Assembly: GCA_905181755.1 (NCBI GenBank)
Contig: CAJIYY010000024.1
Span: forward strand, 1 to 44,964
Source of the DNA: Candidatus Dadabacteria bacterium UBA1144
GTDB lineage: Bacteria; Desulfobacterota_D; UBA1144
Length of the DNA stretch: 44,964 nt
Direction of reading: 5' to 3'
Within the stretch, counting starts at the first letter, position 1. Each line of letters starts with the position of its first letter. Positions 1 through 9,286 of the stretch are shown here, piece after piece. A program made the position numbers and the translations under genes. Below the pieces are notes generated by a model. That model made no database searches. It had not been told where the DNA came from and was given only the letters and a program-made list of their open reading frames with translations.

Positions 1-178
1 TGTTTTCGAATACTGGAACTACTTTTTCATCTTCTTTTAGAATATAAAATAAATCTTTTAATTCTCCATTAACTTCAGCTCCAATTAGGGACTTATCATA
101 TTCTAAAGCACAAAAAACTTCGCCTATAGTCTTGCTAGATTCAACCTGATGCTGCTTATTCTTTATATATATATTCAT
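1..178 (-). CDS. thrS: Threonyl-tRNA synthetase, N-terminal (TGS domain) fragment; gene continues beyond the window edge
   Basis: Manual reverse translation from the ATG at 178-176 gives MNIYIKNKQHQVESSKTIGEVFCALEYDKSLIGAEVNGELKDLFYILKEDEKVVPVFEN. The A-x-VNGEL-x-DL pattern is typical of the ThrRS TGS domain. The ORF is open to the window edge and too short for the ORF track. Confidence 0.6.
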   Translation of the reverse strand, partial: MNIYIKNKQHQVESSKTIGEVFCALEYDKSLIGAEVNGELKDLFYILKEDEKVVPVFEN

Positions 179-191
179 AAATACTATAAAA

Positions 192-263
192 TGAGCACGA
201 GTGGATTTGAACCACCGACCTCTTGCATGTCAAGCAAGCGCTCTCCCCCTGAGCTACGCGCTC
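192..263 (-). tRNA. tRNA-Val, anticodon GAC
   Basis: The reverse complement folds as a 72-nt cloverleaf: acceptor GAGCGCG/CGTGCTC (one G-U), D arm GCTC..GAGC, anticodon stem CTTGC/GCAAG with loop TTGACAT, T arm GGTGG-TTCAAAT-CCACT, discriminator A. CCA is not encoded. Confidence 0.9.
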
Positions 264-347
264 ATACTTCCTAAATGAAATATTGTATAGAGGACAAAAA
301 TATAAATCAAATTTTGTTCTTTGCTCTCATTAATTTATAATTGTTTA

Positions 348-1241
348 ATGGATATAGAAAATAAAAATATTATATTGGAAACTAACTTAAAAAATCAAAA
401 TCTAATCAATCGCGGCAAGGTAAGAGATTTATATGATATGGGCGACTCACTATTAATTGTATCAAGTGATAGAATATCTGCTTATGACTCAATTCTTCCA
501 ACTGGTATTTTAGGTAAAGGTGAAGTTCTTACAAAATTATCTAAATTTTGGTTTTCTCTTACAGAAAATATAATTCAAAACCATTTTATAACTGACGATA
601 TTATTAAGCAGTACCCTAAACTTAAAGAGCACGAAGAAACACTTAAAGGTAGATCTATGATAGTAAAAAAAGCTAAACCATTAGCTGTTGAATGTATCGT
701 TAGAGGTTATATTACTGGCTCTGGGTGGTCTGAGTACAAGAAACAAGGAACTATTTGTGGCATTAAACTTAAAGATGGACTAGTAGAATCAGAAAAACTT
801 GATACACCAATTTTCACCCCTTCTACAAAAGCTGAGCAAGGAGAGCGCGATGAAAACATTGATTTTGAATCATGTGTTGGAATAATAGGCCAAGAACTTG
901 CTGAGAAAGTTCGAGATTTTTCTATAGAGATATATTCTACTGCTCATGACTATGCAAAAGAAAAAGGAATTATCATTGCGGATACAAAATTCGAATTTGG
1001 CCTTATAGGTGATGAACTTATCTTAATTGACGAGGTATTAACACCAGATTCCTCTCGATTTTGGCCTAAGGATTTGTATGGTGAAGGTCGAGGACAAGAA
1101 AGTTATGACAAGCAATTTGTTAGGGATTACCTAACTTCTGTAGGCTGGGACAAAAACCCACCGGCACCAGAGCTTCCAAAGAATATTGCTTCACTAACTT
1201 CTGAAAAATATATCGAAGCCATAGATCTGCTAACAGCTTAA
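348..1241 (+). CDS. purC: Phosphoribosylaminoimidazole-succinocarboxamide (SAICAR) synthase
   Basis: The translation has RGKVRDLYD, SSDRISAYD, ECIVRGYITGSGW and DSSRFWP, the characteristic long-form PurC blocks. I prefer the ATG at 348 over the TTG at 321 used by the ORF track. Confidence 0.9.
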   Translation: MDIENKNIILETNLKNQNLINRGKVRDLYDMGDSLLIVSSDRISAYDSILPTGILGKGEVLTKLSKFWFSLTENIIQNHFITDDIIKQYPKLKEHEETLKGRSMIVKKAKPLAVECIVRGYITGSGWSEYKKQGTICGIKLKDGLVESEKLDTPIFTPSTKAEQGERDENIDFESCVGIIGQELAEKVRDFSIEIYSTAHDYAKEKGIIIADTKFEFGLIGDELILIDEVLTPDSSRFWPKDLYGEGRGQESYDKQFVRDYLTSVGWDKNPPAPELPKNIASLTSEKYIEAIDLLTA

Positions 1242-2224
1242 TGGATCTAATTACACAAGAAACTATCTTTCTTTTCTTATATACAGTTGCATCAATCGGG
1301 ATGCTATATTTTGGAGCAGATTTTTTAATTTCAGGTGCACTATCTACTGCTGCTAGATTAAAAATATCTGAGATGGTTGTCAGCATAACTCTTATAGCTT
1401 GGGCAACATCCCTGCCAGAATTATTTGTCTTATCCAAAGCCATTAGTCTTCCTAATGGATCCACTATTGCTTATGGAACAATTATAGGAAGCAACTTTGC
1501 AAATCTATGCTTAGTATTAGGTCTTTCAATATTAATAAAATTTAAACAAAGATCTTCTTTTAATTTCTTTGCATTTAAAAACTTCATACCAATTAGCATC
1601 TTTTCAACTTTAATCTTTTGCATCTATGGATTAAATCTTTTCGACTCTTTAGTAGTTAAAAAACTACTTTCTGTATTGATGATTATTGCAGTAATAATTC
1701 TATACGTCTTTAAAGCTAACAAAGAAACTAATACCTATTTAAAACAAGAAACAAAAGCTTTCTCAATAAGAAGAACCTTGCTTTATGTAATTATAGGCAG
1801 CCTTCTTTTAGCCTTAGGTTCTGAATTTCTTGTGAAGACTGGATTAATGCTGCAGAACGATTTTGGGGTTCCTGCTTCATTTATAGGTTCGATATACTTT
1901 GCTTTGGCCTCATCTTCTCCAGAAATATTCACCTCGTTATTGGCTATATTTAAATATAAAAAACATGATGTCGTAATTGGTAATGTTATAGGAAGCAATT
2001 TGGCAAATATATGCATATTTGGAATTATAGCCTTAATATTTAATACGAAATCCATTATGCTAGGCTCCTCTCCTTCACTTCTATTAGCATCTTTGGAGAT
2101 AGCTATTTTTGGAATCTTTATTCTTTACTATTTCAAAAGTAACAAAGAAAAAACAATACGTGTTCATTCTATTGTTGGATTTTTATTATTTTGTGTTTAC
2201 TATTTATTCTATAAATTCTTATGA
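1241..2224 (+). CDS. Ca2+/Na+ antiporter family (CaCA/YrbG-like) membrane protein
   Basis: Polytopic hydrophobic protein with two alpha-repeat-like motifs (ATSLPELFV; ASSSPEIFTS) followed by G-x-IGSN-x-AN segments. The start overlaps the purC stop (TAATG). Confidence 0.75.
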   Translation: MDLITQETIFLFLYTVASIGMLYFGADFLISGALSTAARLKISEMVVSITLIAWATSLPELFVLSKAISLPNGSTIAYGTIIGSNFANLCLVLGLSILIKFKQRSSFNFFAFKNFIPISIFSTLIFCIYGLNLFDSLVVKKLLSVLMIIAVIILYVFKANKETNTYLKQETKAFSIRRTLLYVIIGSLLLALGSEFLVKTGLMLQNDFGVPASFIGSIYFALASSSPEIFTSLLAIFKYKKHDVVIGNVIGSNLANICIFGIIALIFNTKSIMLGSSPSLLLASLEIAIFGIFILYYFKSNKEKTIRVHSIVGFLLFCVYYLFYKFL

Positions 2225-3177
2225 GCCTTGTATTAGATTCTATAACTGAAGATAAACTTACTTTCGATAATGTAAATTTGTTTAAAATTTTAAATGGTAC
2301 AAATCAGTCTAATATTATAACAATCGAAAAGCTGCTGGACATTAAGATACATTCCAAGGGAAATGAGTTAATTTTAACCGGTCCCTCTAAAGAAGTTAGT
2401 TTAGGAAAAGATTTAATTCAGAATTTTTATAAAATAATATCTAAGGGCTACTTCCCCTCAGAGAATGATTTCAAGTCAGGGTTAAAGATAATTAGCGAAA
2501 AAACTCATACTATTGAGGACATTTTTCTTGATACTATTTGTGTAACAACAGGTCGGAAAACTATAGCGCCCAAAAGTATTAATCAGAAATTATATATAGA
2601 TTCAATAAAGAAAAACGATATTGTTTTTGGTATAGGGCCAGCTGGTACAGGAAAAACTTACTTAGCGGTTGCAACTGCAGTTGCATCCTTAAATATGAAG
2701 AAAGTAAAAAAAATAATACTTACGAGACCTGCTGTTGAAGCAGGAGAAAAACTTGGTTTTTTACCTGGAGATTTAAATGAAAAAGTTGATCCTTATCTTA
2801 AACCTCTATTTGATGCCCTTAACGATATGCTAGATTCTGAAACAGTCTCAAGATTGATTGACAAGCAAACTATTGAGATAGCTCCTATTGCATTTATGAG
2901 AGGAAGAACTTTAAATGATGCATTTATAATTTTAGACGAAGCTCAAAATACTACTTCCTCGCAAATGAAAATGTTTCTTACACGAATTGGATTTAATTCT
3001 AAGTGTGTAATCACAGGAGATGTAACACAAATTGACCTAGATAGAAGTTCTAAGTCAGGCCTTATAGAGGCTCAATCAATTTTAAAGGATATTGATGAAA
3101 TAGAATTTTGCTCTTTTGACGAAAATGACGTGGTACGTCATAGATTAGTAAAGAAAATAATAGAAGCTTACAAATAA
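2221..3177 (+). CDS. phoH: PhoH-like ATPase
   Basis: Walker A GPAGTGKTYLAVA, GFLPGD, ILDEAQN and GDVTQIDL are all PhoH family signatures. The start makes a 4-nt overlap with the upstream gene. Confidence 0.9.
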   Translation: MSLVLDSITEDKLTFDNVNLFKILNGTNQSNIITIEKLLDIKIHSKGNELILTGPSKEVSLGKDLIQNFYKIISKGYFPSENDFKSGLKIISEKTHTIEDIFLDTICVTTGRKTIAPKSINQKLYIDSIKKNDIVFGIGPAGTGKTYLAVATAVASLNMKKVKKIILTRPAVEAGEKLGFLPGDLNEKVDPYLKPLFDALNDMLDSETVSRLIDKQTIEIAPIAFMRGRTLNDAFIILDEAQNTTSSQMKMFLTRIGFNSKCVITGDVTQIDLDRSSKSGLIEAQSILKDIDEIEFCSFDENDVVRHRLVKKIIEAYK

Positions 3178-4448
3178 ATTATTTCGTCTCTTTCAGGGCC
3201 TATAGAGATCATCGTAACCTTGACCTTCAGAAAAGATTCGACAAACTTAATTAGAGATTTTAGACTTCTAGGAACTTTATTTGTAGATAATTCATCCATA
3301 GACCAAGAAGGAAATTCTTTATAAATAGGCTTTACTTTAGCTAGGTCTTCTAATCTTAATGGATATGATGATAGTTTTTTATTTTCTAATTTATATCCCG
3401 TGCAAACTCTAATTTTCTTAAAAATTGACAGTATATCAACTTTTGTGAGAACTAATGAATTTATACCAGAAACTGTAACGGCATATTTCAGAGCCACAAG
3501 ATCTAGCCATCCACACCTTCTAGGTCTTCCGGTTGTTGCCCCATACTCAGTACCAAACTCTCGAAGAGTTAAGCCTTGGTCGTCAAACATCTCGGTCGGA
3601 AATGGACCATGTCCGACTCTAGTAGTATAGGCCTTAGATATACCGGTTACATCTCCAAGCTTTGAGAATGAAACACCGCAACCAGCTGAGGCATTAGAAG
3701 AGATAGTTGAAGAAGAGGTTACGAAAGGATAAGTGCCAAAGTCTAAATCTAGCATAACTCCCTGTGCACCTTCGAATAAAACTCTTTTATCTTTAGCTAT
3801 ACTTTCATTTAGAAATTTCCCTGTATCTGAAACAAACTCTCTAAGGTACCGATAATTTTTATATAGATCTTCTACTATAAGCTTCTTGCTCAGTCCTTTT
3901 TTGTTAAATATTTTAGAAATAATCTTGTTTTTTTCTTTTAATATATTATTAATCTTTTCGTTTAAAAGCTTCTTGTCTTCTAAATCAATAACTCTTATAC
4001 CCTGCCTTGAAACCTTATCCTCATAAGCTGGTCCAATTCCTCTACCTGTAGTTCCTATTGCATTGTTACCCTTCATTAATTCTCTTTCTTGATCGATTAT
4101 TTTATGATAGGGGGCAATAATATGAGCTAAGGAGCTTAATTTTAAATTCTTACCTGTAACATTAAAGCCGCTTCTTCTCAGTCCCTTTATTTCCTTAACT
4201 AGAGTAGCTAAGTCGACAACTGTACCATTGCCGATGACAGAAACTTTTCCTTTTCTTAATACTCCTGAAGGAATATGATGTAAAACAATTTTTTTATTTT
4301 TAATAATGATTGTATGGCCAGCGTTGCTTCCACCCTGAAAACGAGCAATAATATCATAGTTCTCAGAAACCAAATCTATTATTCTTCCCTTACCTTCGTC
4401 GCCCCATTGAGCACCTACAAAAACTGAGTTTTTCATTTTCTTAGTCAA
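3168..4448 (-). CDS. purA: Adenylosuccinate synthetase
   Basis: GAQWGDEGKGRIID, GGSNAGHT, TTGRGIGPAYEDK and ATTGRPRRCGWLD; full length 426 aa. Confidence 0.95.
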   Translation of the reverse strand: MTKKMKNSVFVGAQWGDEGKGRIIDLVSENYDIIARFQGGSNAGHTIIIKNKKIVLHHIPSGVLRKGKVSVIGNGTVVDLATLVKEIKGLRRSGFNVTGKNLKLSSLAHIIAPYHKIIDQERELMKGNNAIGTTGRGIGPAYEDKVSRQGIRVIDLEDKKLLNEKINNILKEKNKIISKIFNKKGLSKKLIVEDLYKNYRYLREFVSDTGKFLNESIAKDKRVLFEGAQGVMLDLDFGTYPFVTSSSTISSNASAGCGVSFSKLGDVTGISKAYTTRVGHGPFPTEMFDDQGLTLREFGTEYGATTGRPRRCGWLDLVALKYAVTVSGINSLVLTKVDILSIFKKIRVCTGYKLENKKLSSYPLRLEDLAKVKPIYKEFPSWSMDELSTNKVPRSLKSLIKFVESFLKVKVTMISIGPERDEIIYL

Positions 4449-4449
4449 A

Positions 4450-5664
4450 TTAAAAATCCTCTTTTTGTAATTCAGAAAAGGTTTTGAAGGAAGCTATTTT
4501 TAGATTTTTATTATCATACAGGTCCAATCTACCACTTTTTGAAATCTTAATTCTCAAATCAAATTTATCGTCATACTTATTTTTTCTACTAGACATAACT
4601 GAAATAAAACCTTGAGAAGTAAAAAACTCTTTTACCTCAAGTGACGAAATGAAGGATTCTATCTCCGCTGACTCAACAACAACGATAGGTGCTCCTAATT
4701 CATCACTCTTTATAGTTTTAATTAAAGGTAAAATATTGATTCCAAGTCCGACTGCAGGGAAACTGTTTCCATATCTTCCTATGAGTTCATCATATCTTCC
4801 ACCAGATAAAACTATTTCTGAAATTTCTTTAACCGCAATATCAAATGTCATTCCCGAGTAGTAATCAAAGTTCTTAACATCCAAGAAATCTACTCTTAAA
4901 TCCAAAGAAGAATTTGCCCTTGATAATATCTCTGCGATTGAATTTATTCTAACAATATTCTGTCTAATCTTAGCTGGTAATGATTTAGACAAAATACTCT
5001 TGTTCTGCATTAAGGGTATTAAATATTCTTTAATGAATGCCTTTTGAAGACTATTTAATCTATTATCAAGACCAAATTTTTTAATTGATTTGTAATCTTT
5101 CTTATGAAAGAGCAACTTTATATCCTCTTTAATTGGGTCCAAAGAATCAAATATAAAATTTAGCAATATAGAAGAATTCAGTGTTACGACCTGATTAGTA
5201 AATCCCAATTTTTTTAGAATAGACGTTCCCAATAGGATGATTTCCAAGTCTGATTCAATCGAATTGGAACCAATAAGTTCGCAACCAACCTGAAAAATCT
5301 CTCTCTTCGTTCCGGTTTCCTTGTAATTGTTCCTTACGACTCTTTCATTGTAGGTGAGGCGTAGTGGAATTTTCTCATTCTTGTAATTGCTAGATACATA
5401 TCTAGCTATCTGCGGTGTTACATCAGACCTCAAGCCCAAAACGTCCCCATTAAGTGGGTCAATGAATTTTATTGTCTTATTTATTGTTTCTTCTTTTAAT
5501 CCAACATTTAGGGAATTAATATTTTCAAAAATAGGTGTAATTATCTTCTCAAATCCCCACAACTCAGACTCCTCTAATATAACAGAGGATATAAAATCAA
5601 TTTTTTTTACATCTTTAGTTGTGTATTCCTTAATTCCTACTGGCAGCGAAAACGATTTTATCAT
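4450..5664 (-). CDS. hisZ: ATP phosphoribosyltransferase regulatory subunit (HisRS paralogue HisZ); a true HisRS is not fully excluded
   Basis: Class II HisRS-like fold (GGRYDELIGRYG, FPAVGLGINI), but the motif 2 region is degenerate (YNERVVRNNYKETGTKREIFQVGCELIG). It sits immediately upstream of purA, a common hisZ-purA arrangement. Confidence 0.6.
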   Translation of the reverse strand: MIKSFSLPVGIKEYTTKDVKKIDFISSVILEESELWGFEKIITPIFENINSLNVGLKEETINKTIKFIDPLNGDVLGLRSDVTPQIARYVSSNYKNEKIPLRLTYNERVVRNNYKETGTKREIFQVGCELIGSNSIESDLEIILLGTSILKKLGFTNQVVTLNSSILLNFIFDSLDPIKEDIKLLFHKKDYKSIKKFGLDNRLNSLQKAFIKEYLIPLMQNKSILSKSLPAKIRQNIVRINSIAEILSRANSSLDLRVDFLDVKNFDYYSGMTFDIAVKEISEIVLSGGRYDELIGRYGNSFPAVGLGINILPLIKTIKSDELGAPIVVVESAEIESFISSLEVKEFFTSQGFISVMSSRKNKYDDKFDLRIKISKSGRLDLYDNKNLKIASFKTFSELQKEDF

Positions 5665-7262
5665 CCAAAAATTACCTGATCTACACTTTTAACTTCGGAC
5701 AAATTAGCAATAGCTTCCAAGGTGTCCTCCGAAACCGGTGAGTCAACCGAGATGAAAGCTAGAGCGTAATCTTCCTTCTCAGAGTTCTCCTGCCTACTTA
5801 GATATAACCTGGCTATATTTATATTTTTCTCCCCCAGAGCTGCTCCAAGAAGTCCTACGACTCCTGGTTTGTCATAGTTTTGTATCATTAGAATATTCCC
5901 TTCTGGTATCAGGTCTATAGGCTGGTTGTTTAATTTTATAAATCTTGCTTCTTTCATCCCAAAAAGAGATCCAGAGATTGATAGTTCTTCTGAATCGGTC
6001 TTTATAATAACCGAAACAAGACTAGAAAACTCATCCTCATTAGATACTTTAGCTTCAGTAAGCTTTATACCTCTTTCTTCCGCAATCAAGGGTGCATTTA
6101 CGTAAGTAACAGGAGCGCTCATTATAGGAGATAGATACCCCTTTAGAGCAGTTATGGTCAATGGTGCCACATTAGTCTCAGCGACATTCCCACTATATTC
6201 AACAATAATTTCCTTAACGCCTGATTTACATGTTTGACCCATAAAAATTCCAAGTTTTTCACATAGGTTTAAATATGGACTAATCTCATTTAAAACCTCG
6301 TTGCTCATCGAAGGCATGTTTAAGGCATTTGATACAACTCCGTCGTTTGCAAACTCAATAACTTGTTCAGCCATAGCAATTCCAACTTTCATCTGAGCTT
6401 CCTGTGTTGAGGCTCCCAAGTGTGGTGTAAAGACTACCCCTTCTTGAAGGTTAAAAATTGGCGACTTAAAATCGGGTGGCTCAGGATTAAAGACATCTAT
6501 AGCAAGGCCTCCAACTTTTCCTGATGAAATAGCTTCTGCGATATCTTCCTCGTTTACTATGCCGCCCCTCGCGCAATTAATAATCATAACTCCGTCTTTC
6601 ATCATTTGTATAGAACCCTTAGAAATAAGATTCTTCGTTGTAGAAGTTAGAGGAGCATGGACAGATATAACATCTGAAAGCTTAAATACTTCATCCATAT
6701 CCACCAGTTCTACTGGCATGTTTAAATTAGTACCTTTTGCGATATATGGATCATGTGCAATAACCTTCATCTTTAAACCAAGAGCTCTTTCCGCAACCAG
6801 TCTTCCTATGTTACCCATTCCAATCAATCCAATAGTTTTTCCATACAACTCTGTTCCTTGAAACTTTGGACGCTCCCACTTCTTAGACTGCATAGACATA
6901 TGAGCTTGAGGAGTTTTCCTTGCTAAAGAAAAGAGGAGAGCAATAGTGTGCTCGGCGGTAGTGATAGCGTTTGCCGAAGGAGTATTCATTACAATAATTC
7001 CTTTTTTCGAAGCTGCTTTTATATCAACGTTGTCAACACCAATCCCAGCCCTTCCAATTAGCTTGAATCCCTCATCCAACAACTCGACAATTTCAGAATC
7101 AATAGTTGTAGCGCTTCTTATTATTACCGCTTCGTAATTATTTATTATTTTCTTAAGCTCTTCTCTATCTGTCTTCTTTCTAACATCAACCTCTATGTTC
7201 TTATGATTAGCAAACAAAGCTAATCCCTCTTTTGAAAGGCCGTCAGTAATTAATATCTTCAA
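5661..7262 (-). CDS. serA: D-3-phosphoglycerate dehydrogenase, long form with C-terminal regulatory domains
   Basis: NAD-binding GLIGMGNIGRLVA, catalytic-region blocks (NCARGG, TPHLGAST), and a 533-aa length consistent with the ASB+ACT long type. Its 3' end makes a 4-nt overlap with the hisZ start. Confidence 0.9.
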   Translation of the reverse strand: MKILITDGLSKEGLALFANHKNIEVDVRKKTDREELKKIINNYEAVIIRSATTIDSEIVELLDEGFKLIGRAGIGVDNVDIKAASKKGIIVMNTPSANAITTAEHTIALLFSLARKTPQAHMSMQSKKWERPKFQGTELYGKTIGLIGMGNIGRLVAERALGLKMKVIAHDPYIAKGTNLNMPVELVDMDEVFKLSDVISVHAPLTSTTKNLISKGSIQMMKDGVMIINCARGGIVNEEDIAEAISSGKVGGLAIDVFNPEPPDFKSPIFNLQEGVVFTPHLGASTQEAQMKVGIAMAEQVIEFANDGVVSNALNMPSMSNEVLNEISPYLNLCEKLGIFMGQTCKSGVKEIIVEYSGNVAETNVAPLTITALKGYLSPIMSAPVTYVNAPLIAEERGIKLTEAKVSNEDEFSSLVSVIIKTDSEELSISGSLFGMKEARFIKLNNQPIDLIPEGNILMIQNYDKPGVVGLLGAALGEKNINIARLYLSRQENSEKEDYALAFISVDSPVSEDTLEAIANLSEVKSVDQVIFG

Positions 7263-7366
7263 TATATTCCTCCGATGTTACAAAAGAAAAATATATTTTA
7301 GCAATCAAGCAATGTCAATCAAAAGGATTAATTGTAAAAGGAAATAGGTAGGTATAAAATTTAACA

Positions 7367-8095
7367 ATGGGCGCAGAAGAAAAAATGACATTCCTAGAAC
7401 ATTTTGGAATTTTGAGAAAAAGCTTAATAAAAATTGTTTTGTTAATGATCATATTGTTTATTCCCGCATTCTATTATAGAGAGCTAATAATGGAGTTAGC
7501 GCTCGTACCGATATCAAGCTCTTTACCTTCTGACTCTAAAATTATTTTTACAAGACCAATCGAAGGACTATCGTCGAATGTCAGAATATCATTCCTAGCA
7601 AGCTTTATTTTAACGTTCCCTTTAATTATTTATGAAATATGGTCATTTATTAAGCCAGCTCTTTATGAACAAGAGAAGAAAACCTCTGCAATTGTTATTA
7701 TTTTAGGAACGTTACTATTTTTTATTGGTGCATTTTGTTGCTATAAATTTGTCGCACCAGTTACTTTTAATATTCTGATTAATGAATATTCTTCAGACTC
7801 TATTACAGCTCTTCCAAACATAAGCGATACTCTAGGATTCTTATCCTCACTAATTCTCAGTTTTGGAATAATATTTGAATACCCTCTAATAATTTATATT
7901 CTTTCTAAATTTGGAGCTACGTCTGGAAAATTTCTATCCTCAAAAAGGAAATACTCTATACTTATTTCTACTGTAATTTCGGCCGTCCTAACCCCAACAA
8001 CCGATGTATTTTCTATGCTTTTCATGCTAATTCCACTAGTTGTGTTCTATGAAATAGGGATACTTGTTTCATACCTAACCTATAAAGAGGATTGA
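7367..8095 (+). CDS. tatC: Twin-arginine translocase subunit TatC
   Basis: N-terminal FLEHFGILRK matches the TatC hLxELRxR-type start. Six hydrophobic segments and about 240 aa. Confidence 0.85.
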   Translation: MGAEEKMTFLEHFGILRKSLIKIVLLMIILFIPAFYYRELIMELALVPISSSLPSDSKIIFTRPIEGLSSNVRISFLASFILTFPLIIYEIWSFIKPALYEQEKKTSAIVIILGTLLFFIGAFCCYKFVAPVTFNILINEYSSDSITALPNISDTLGFLSSLILSFGIIFEYPLIIYILSKFGATSGKFLSSKRKYSILISTVISAVLTPTTDVFSMLFMLIPLVVFYEIGILVSYLTYKED

Positions 8096-8143
8096 AAAGA
8101 ATGGGAAAAATTGTAATCTTACTTAATTATTTCGGAGGAACAA

Positions 8144-9286
8144 ATGGATTTGGTTTCATCAAAACATATAGAAGAATTTATACCAGGGGAAATACTGTAT
8201 CATGGAGCCATCCAGGTTACCCCATTTAGAAATAAGGAATATATCAAAAAGTTTAGTAAAAACTACGAGCTTGGCACAGACTCAAAACTAGCTCAATTTT
8301 TAGGATATGTTGACCCAAACATTGAAATTAAAAAACAAAATTTTGGAATTAAGACTCCAGATTTAATAAGCCAAGGATATCTTTTTAATGTTGGATTTGG
8401 ACTTAGCGTGCATGACATATCATTTAATGCTATTGCCAATCTCTCTTATAAAAATTTAAGGTATGGAATTCCCGCTTACGAAGGCGATATTTTATTCGCT
8501 ACATCAGAAGTGTTGGGTATTGAAGTTAAGAAGGATGGCGCCACCAATGGCTCTGTTCAAGTTCGTACAACAGTAACTAATCAGGACAACAAAATTGTTC
8601 TTGAATACGTTAGGCAAGTTTTAGTTAGAGCATCCAAAGGAAAAACACTTGATGCTCAGTCCAATGTTCAGGACCAGCCTGAAAGAATACATCTTACAGA
8701 AAACATGATGCCCTTGGAGTTTAAAGGTTTACCAAAGAGCTTAAATGGTGCACCGGTAAAGTCTTTTGAAGACTTTGAGATAGGCAAGACTTATGATGGA
8801 AATTTTTCAAAATCAATAAATCTTGTCGATTTTAGCTGGCTACAGATTTCTACTCTCAATGATGCAAGTGTTCATCATACTCCAAAATCAAACTTTATTG
8901 GATATGGAGGGGCTATCAAATCTACTGTTGAAGGAGAGGTAAGCTCTCATCTTCCATATGCATACTTTCTGGGAATGAATTCAGGCTCACATGATGCGCC
9001 CACATACCCAAGTGACATAGTTCAATCAATATTTGATTCACAAAATAAAGATGATGAAAAGATTATTGGCTCTTTTAAAGTTGAAAATAAAGATGCTATA
9101 GAGAGCAGAGAAGATTTTGGAATTTTAACTATCCAACTTTGTGGTGACAAGATTGTTACAGAGGCTGGTCTAAGTGCTTATGAAAAAGCTGGGTTTAAGG
9201 GCATATCAAAAATTCAAGATAGTAGAATTAGAGTTTTAACTATGGAAATGGTTGTAGCGGTTCCAACTAGGAAGGCTTTTCAATAA
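8144..9286 (+). CDS. Double hotdog-fold (MaoC-like) acyl/enoyl-CoA dehydratase-hydratase family protein; substrate unknown
   Basis: Two halves each resemble MaoC/hotdog modules (first: PAYEGDILFATSEVLGIEVKKDG..VQVRTTVTNQDNKIVLEY; second: FEDFEIGKTY...LNDASVHHT). A strong GGAGGA SD precedes the ATG. The stop overlaps the start of the CoA ligase. Confidence 0.5.
   Translation: MDLVSSKHIEEFIPGEILYHGAIQVTPFRNKEYIKKFSKNYELGTDSKLAQFLGYVDPNIEIKKQNFGIKTPDLISQGYLFNVGFGLSVHDISFNAIANLSYKNLRYGIPAYEGDILFATSEVLGIEVKKDGATNGSVQVRTTVTNQDNKIVLEYVRQVLVRASKGKTLDAQSNVQDQPERIHLTENMMPLEFKGLPKSLNGAPVKSFEDFEIGKTYDGNFSKSINLVDFSWLQISTLNDASVHHTPKSNFIGYGGAIKSTVEGEVSSHLPYAYFLGMNSGSHDAPTYPSDIVQSIFDSQNKDDEKIIGSFKVENKDAIESREDFGILTIQLCGDKIVTEAGLSAYEKAGFKGISKIQDSRIRVLTMEMVVAVPTRKAFQ

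Noticed and set aside
1120-1464. Long antisense or alternative-frame ORFs in the track: 1120-1464, 1783-2055, 3400-3630, 4649-4861, 5387-5692, 6559-6861, 6946-7137, 9738-10518 group, 14569-14896, 18846-19037, 21221-21956 group, 22601-23473 group, 24292-24501, 29830-30061, 30507-30743, 32029-32259, 32701-32946, 34867-35079, 35815-35997, 36349-36531, 37246-37524, 38756-39162, 39861-40175, 40407-40646, 41960-42268, 43714-44170.
   Set aside because: Each lies entirely within, or mostly overlaps, a confidently identified conserved gene in another frame or on the other strand. Their translations are low-complexity or hydrophobic with no family motifs. Such shadow ORFs are expected in AT-rich coding DNA.
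8101-8229. A 42-codon ORF (MGKIVILLNYFGG...) starting at 8101 and overlapping the start of the hotdog-fold gene.
   Set aside because: It has no SD. It overlaps the strong GGAGGA SD and the first 86 nt of the 8144 gene in another frame, and its composition is not protein-like.
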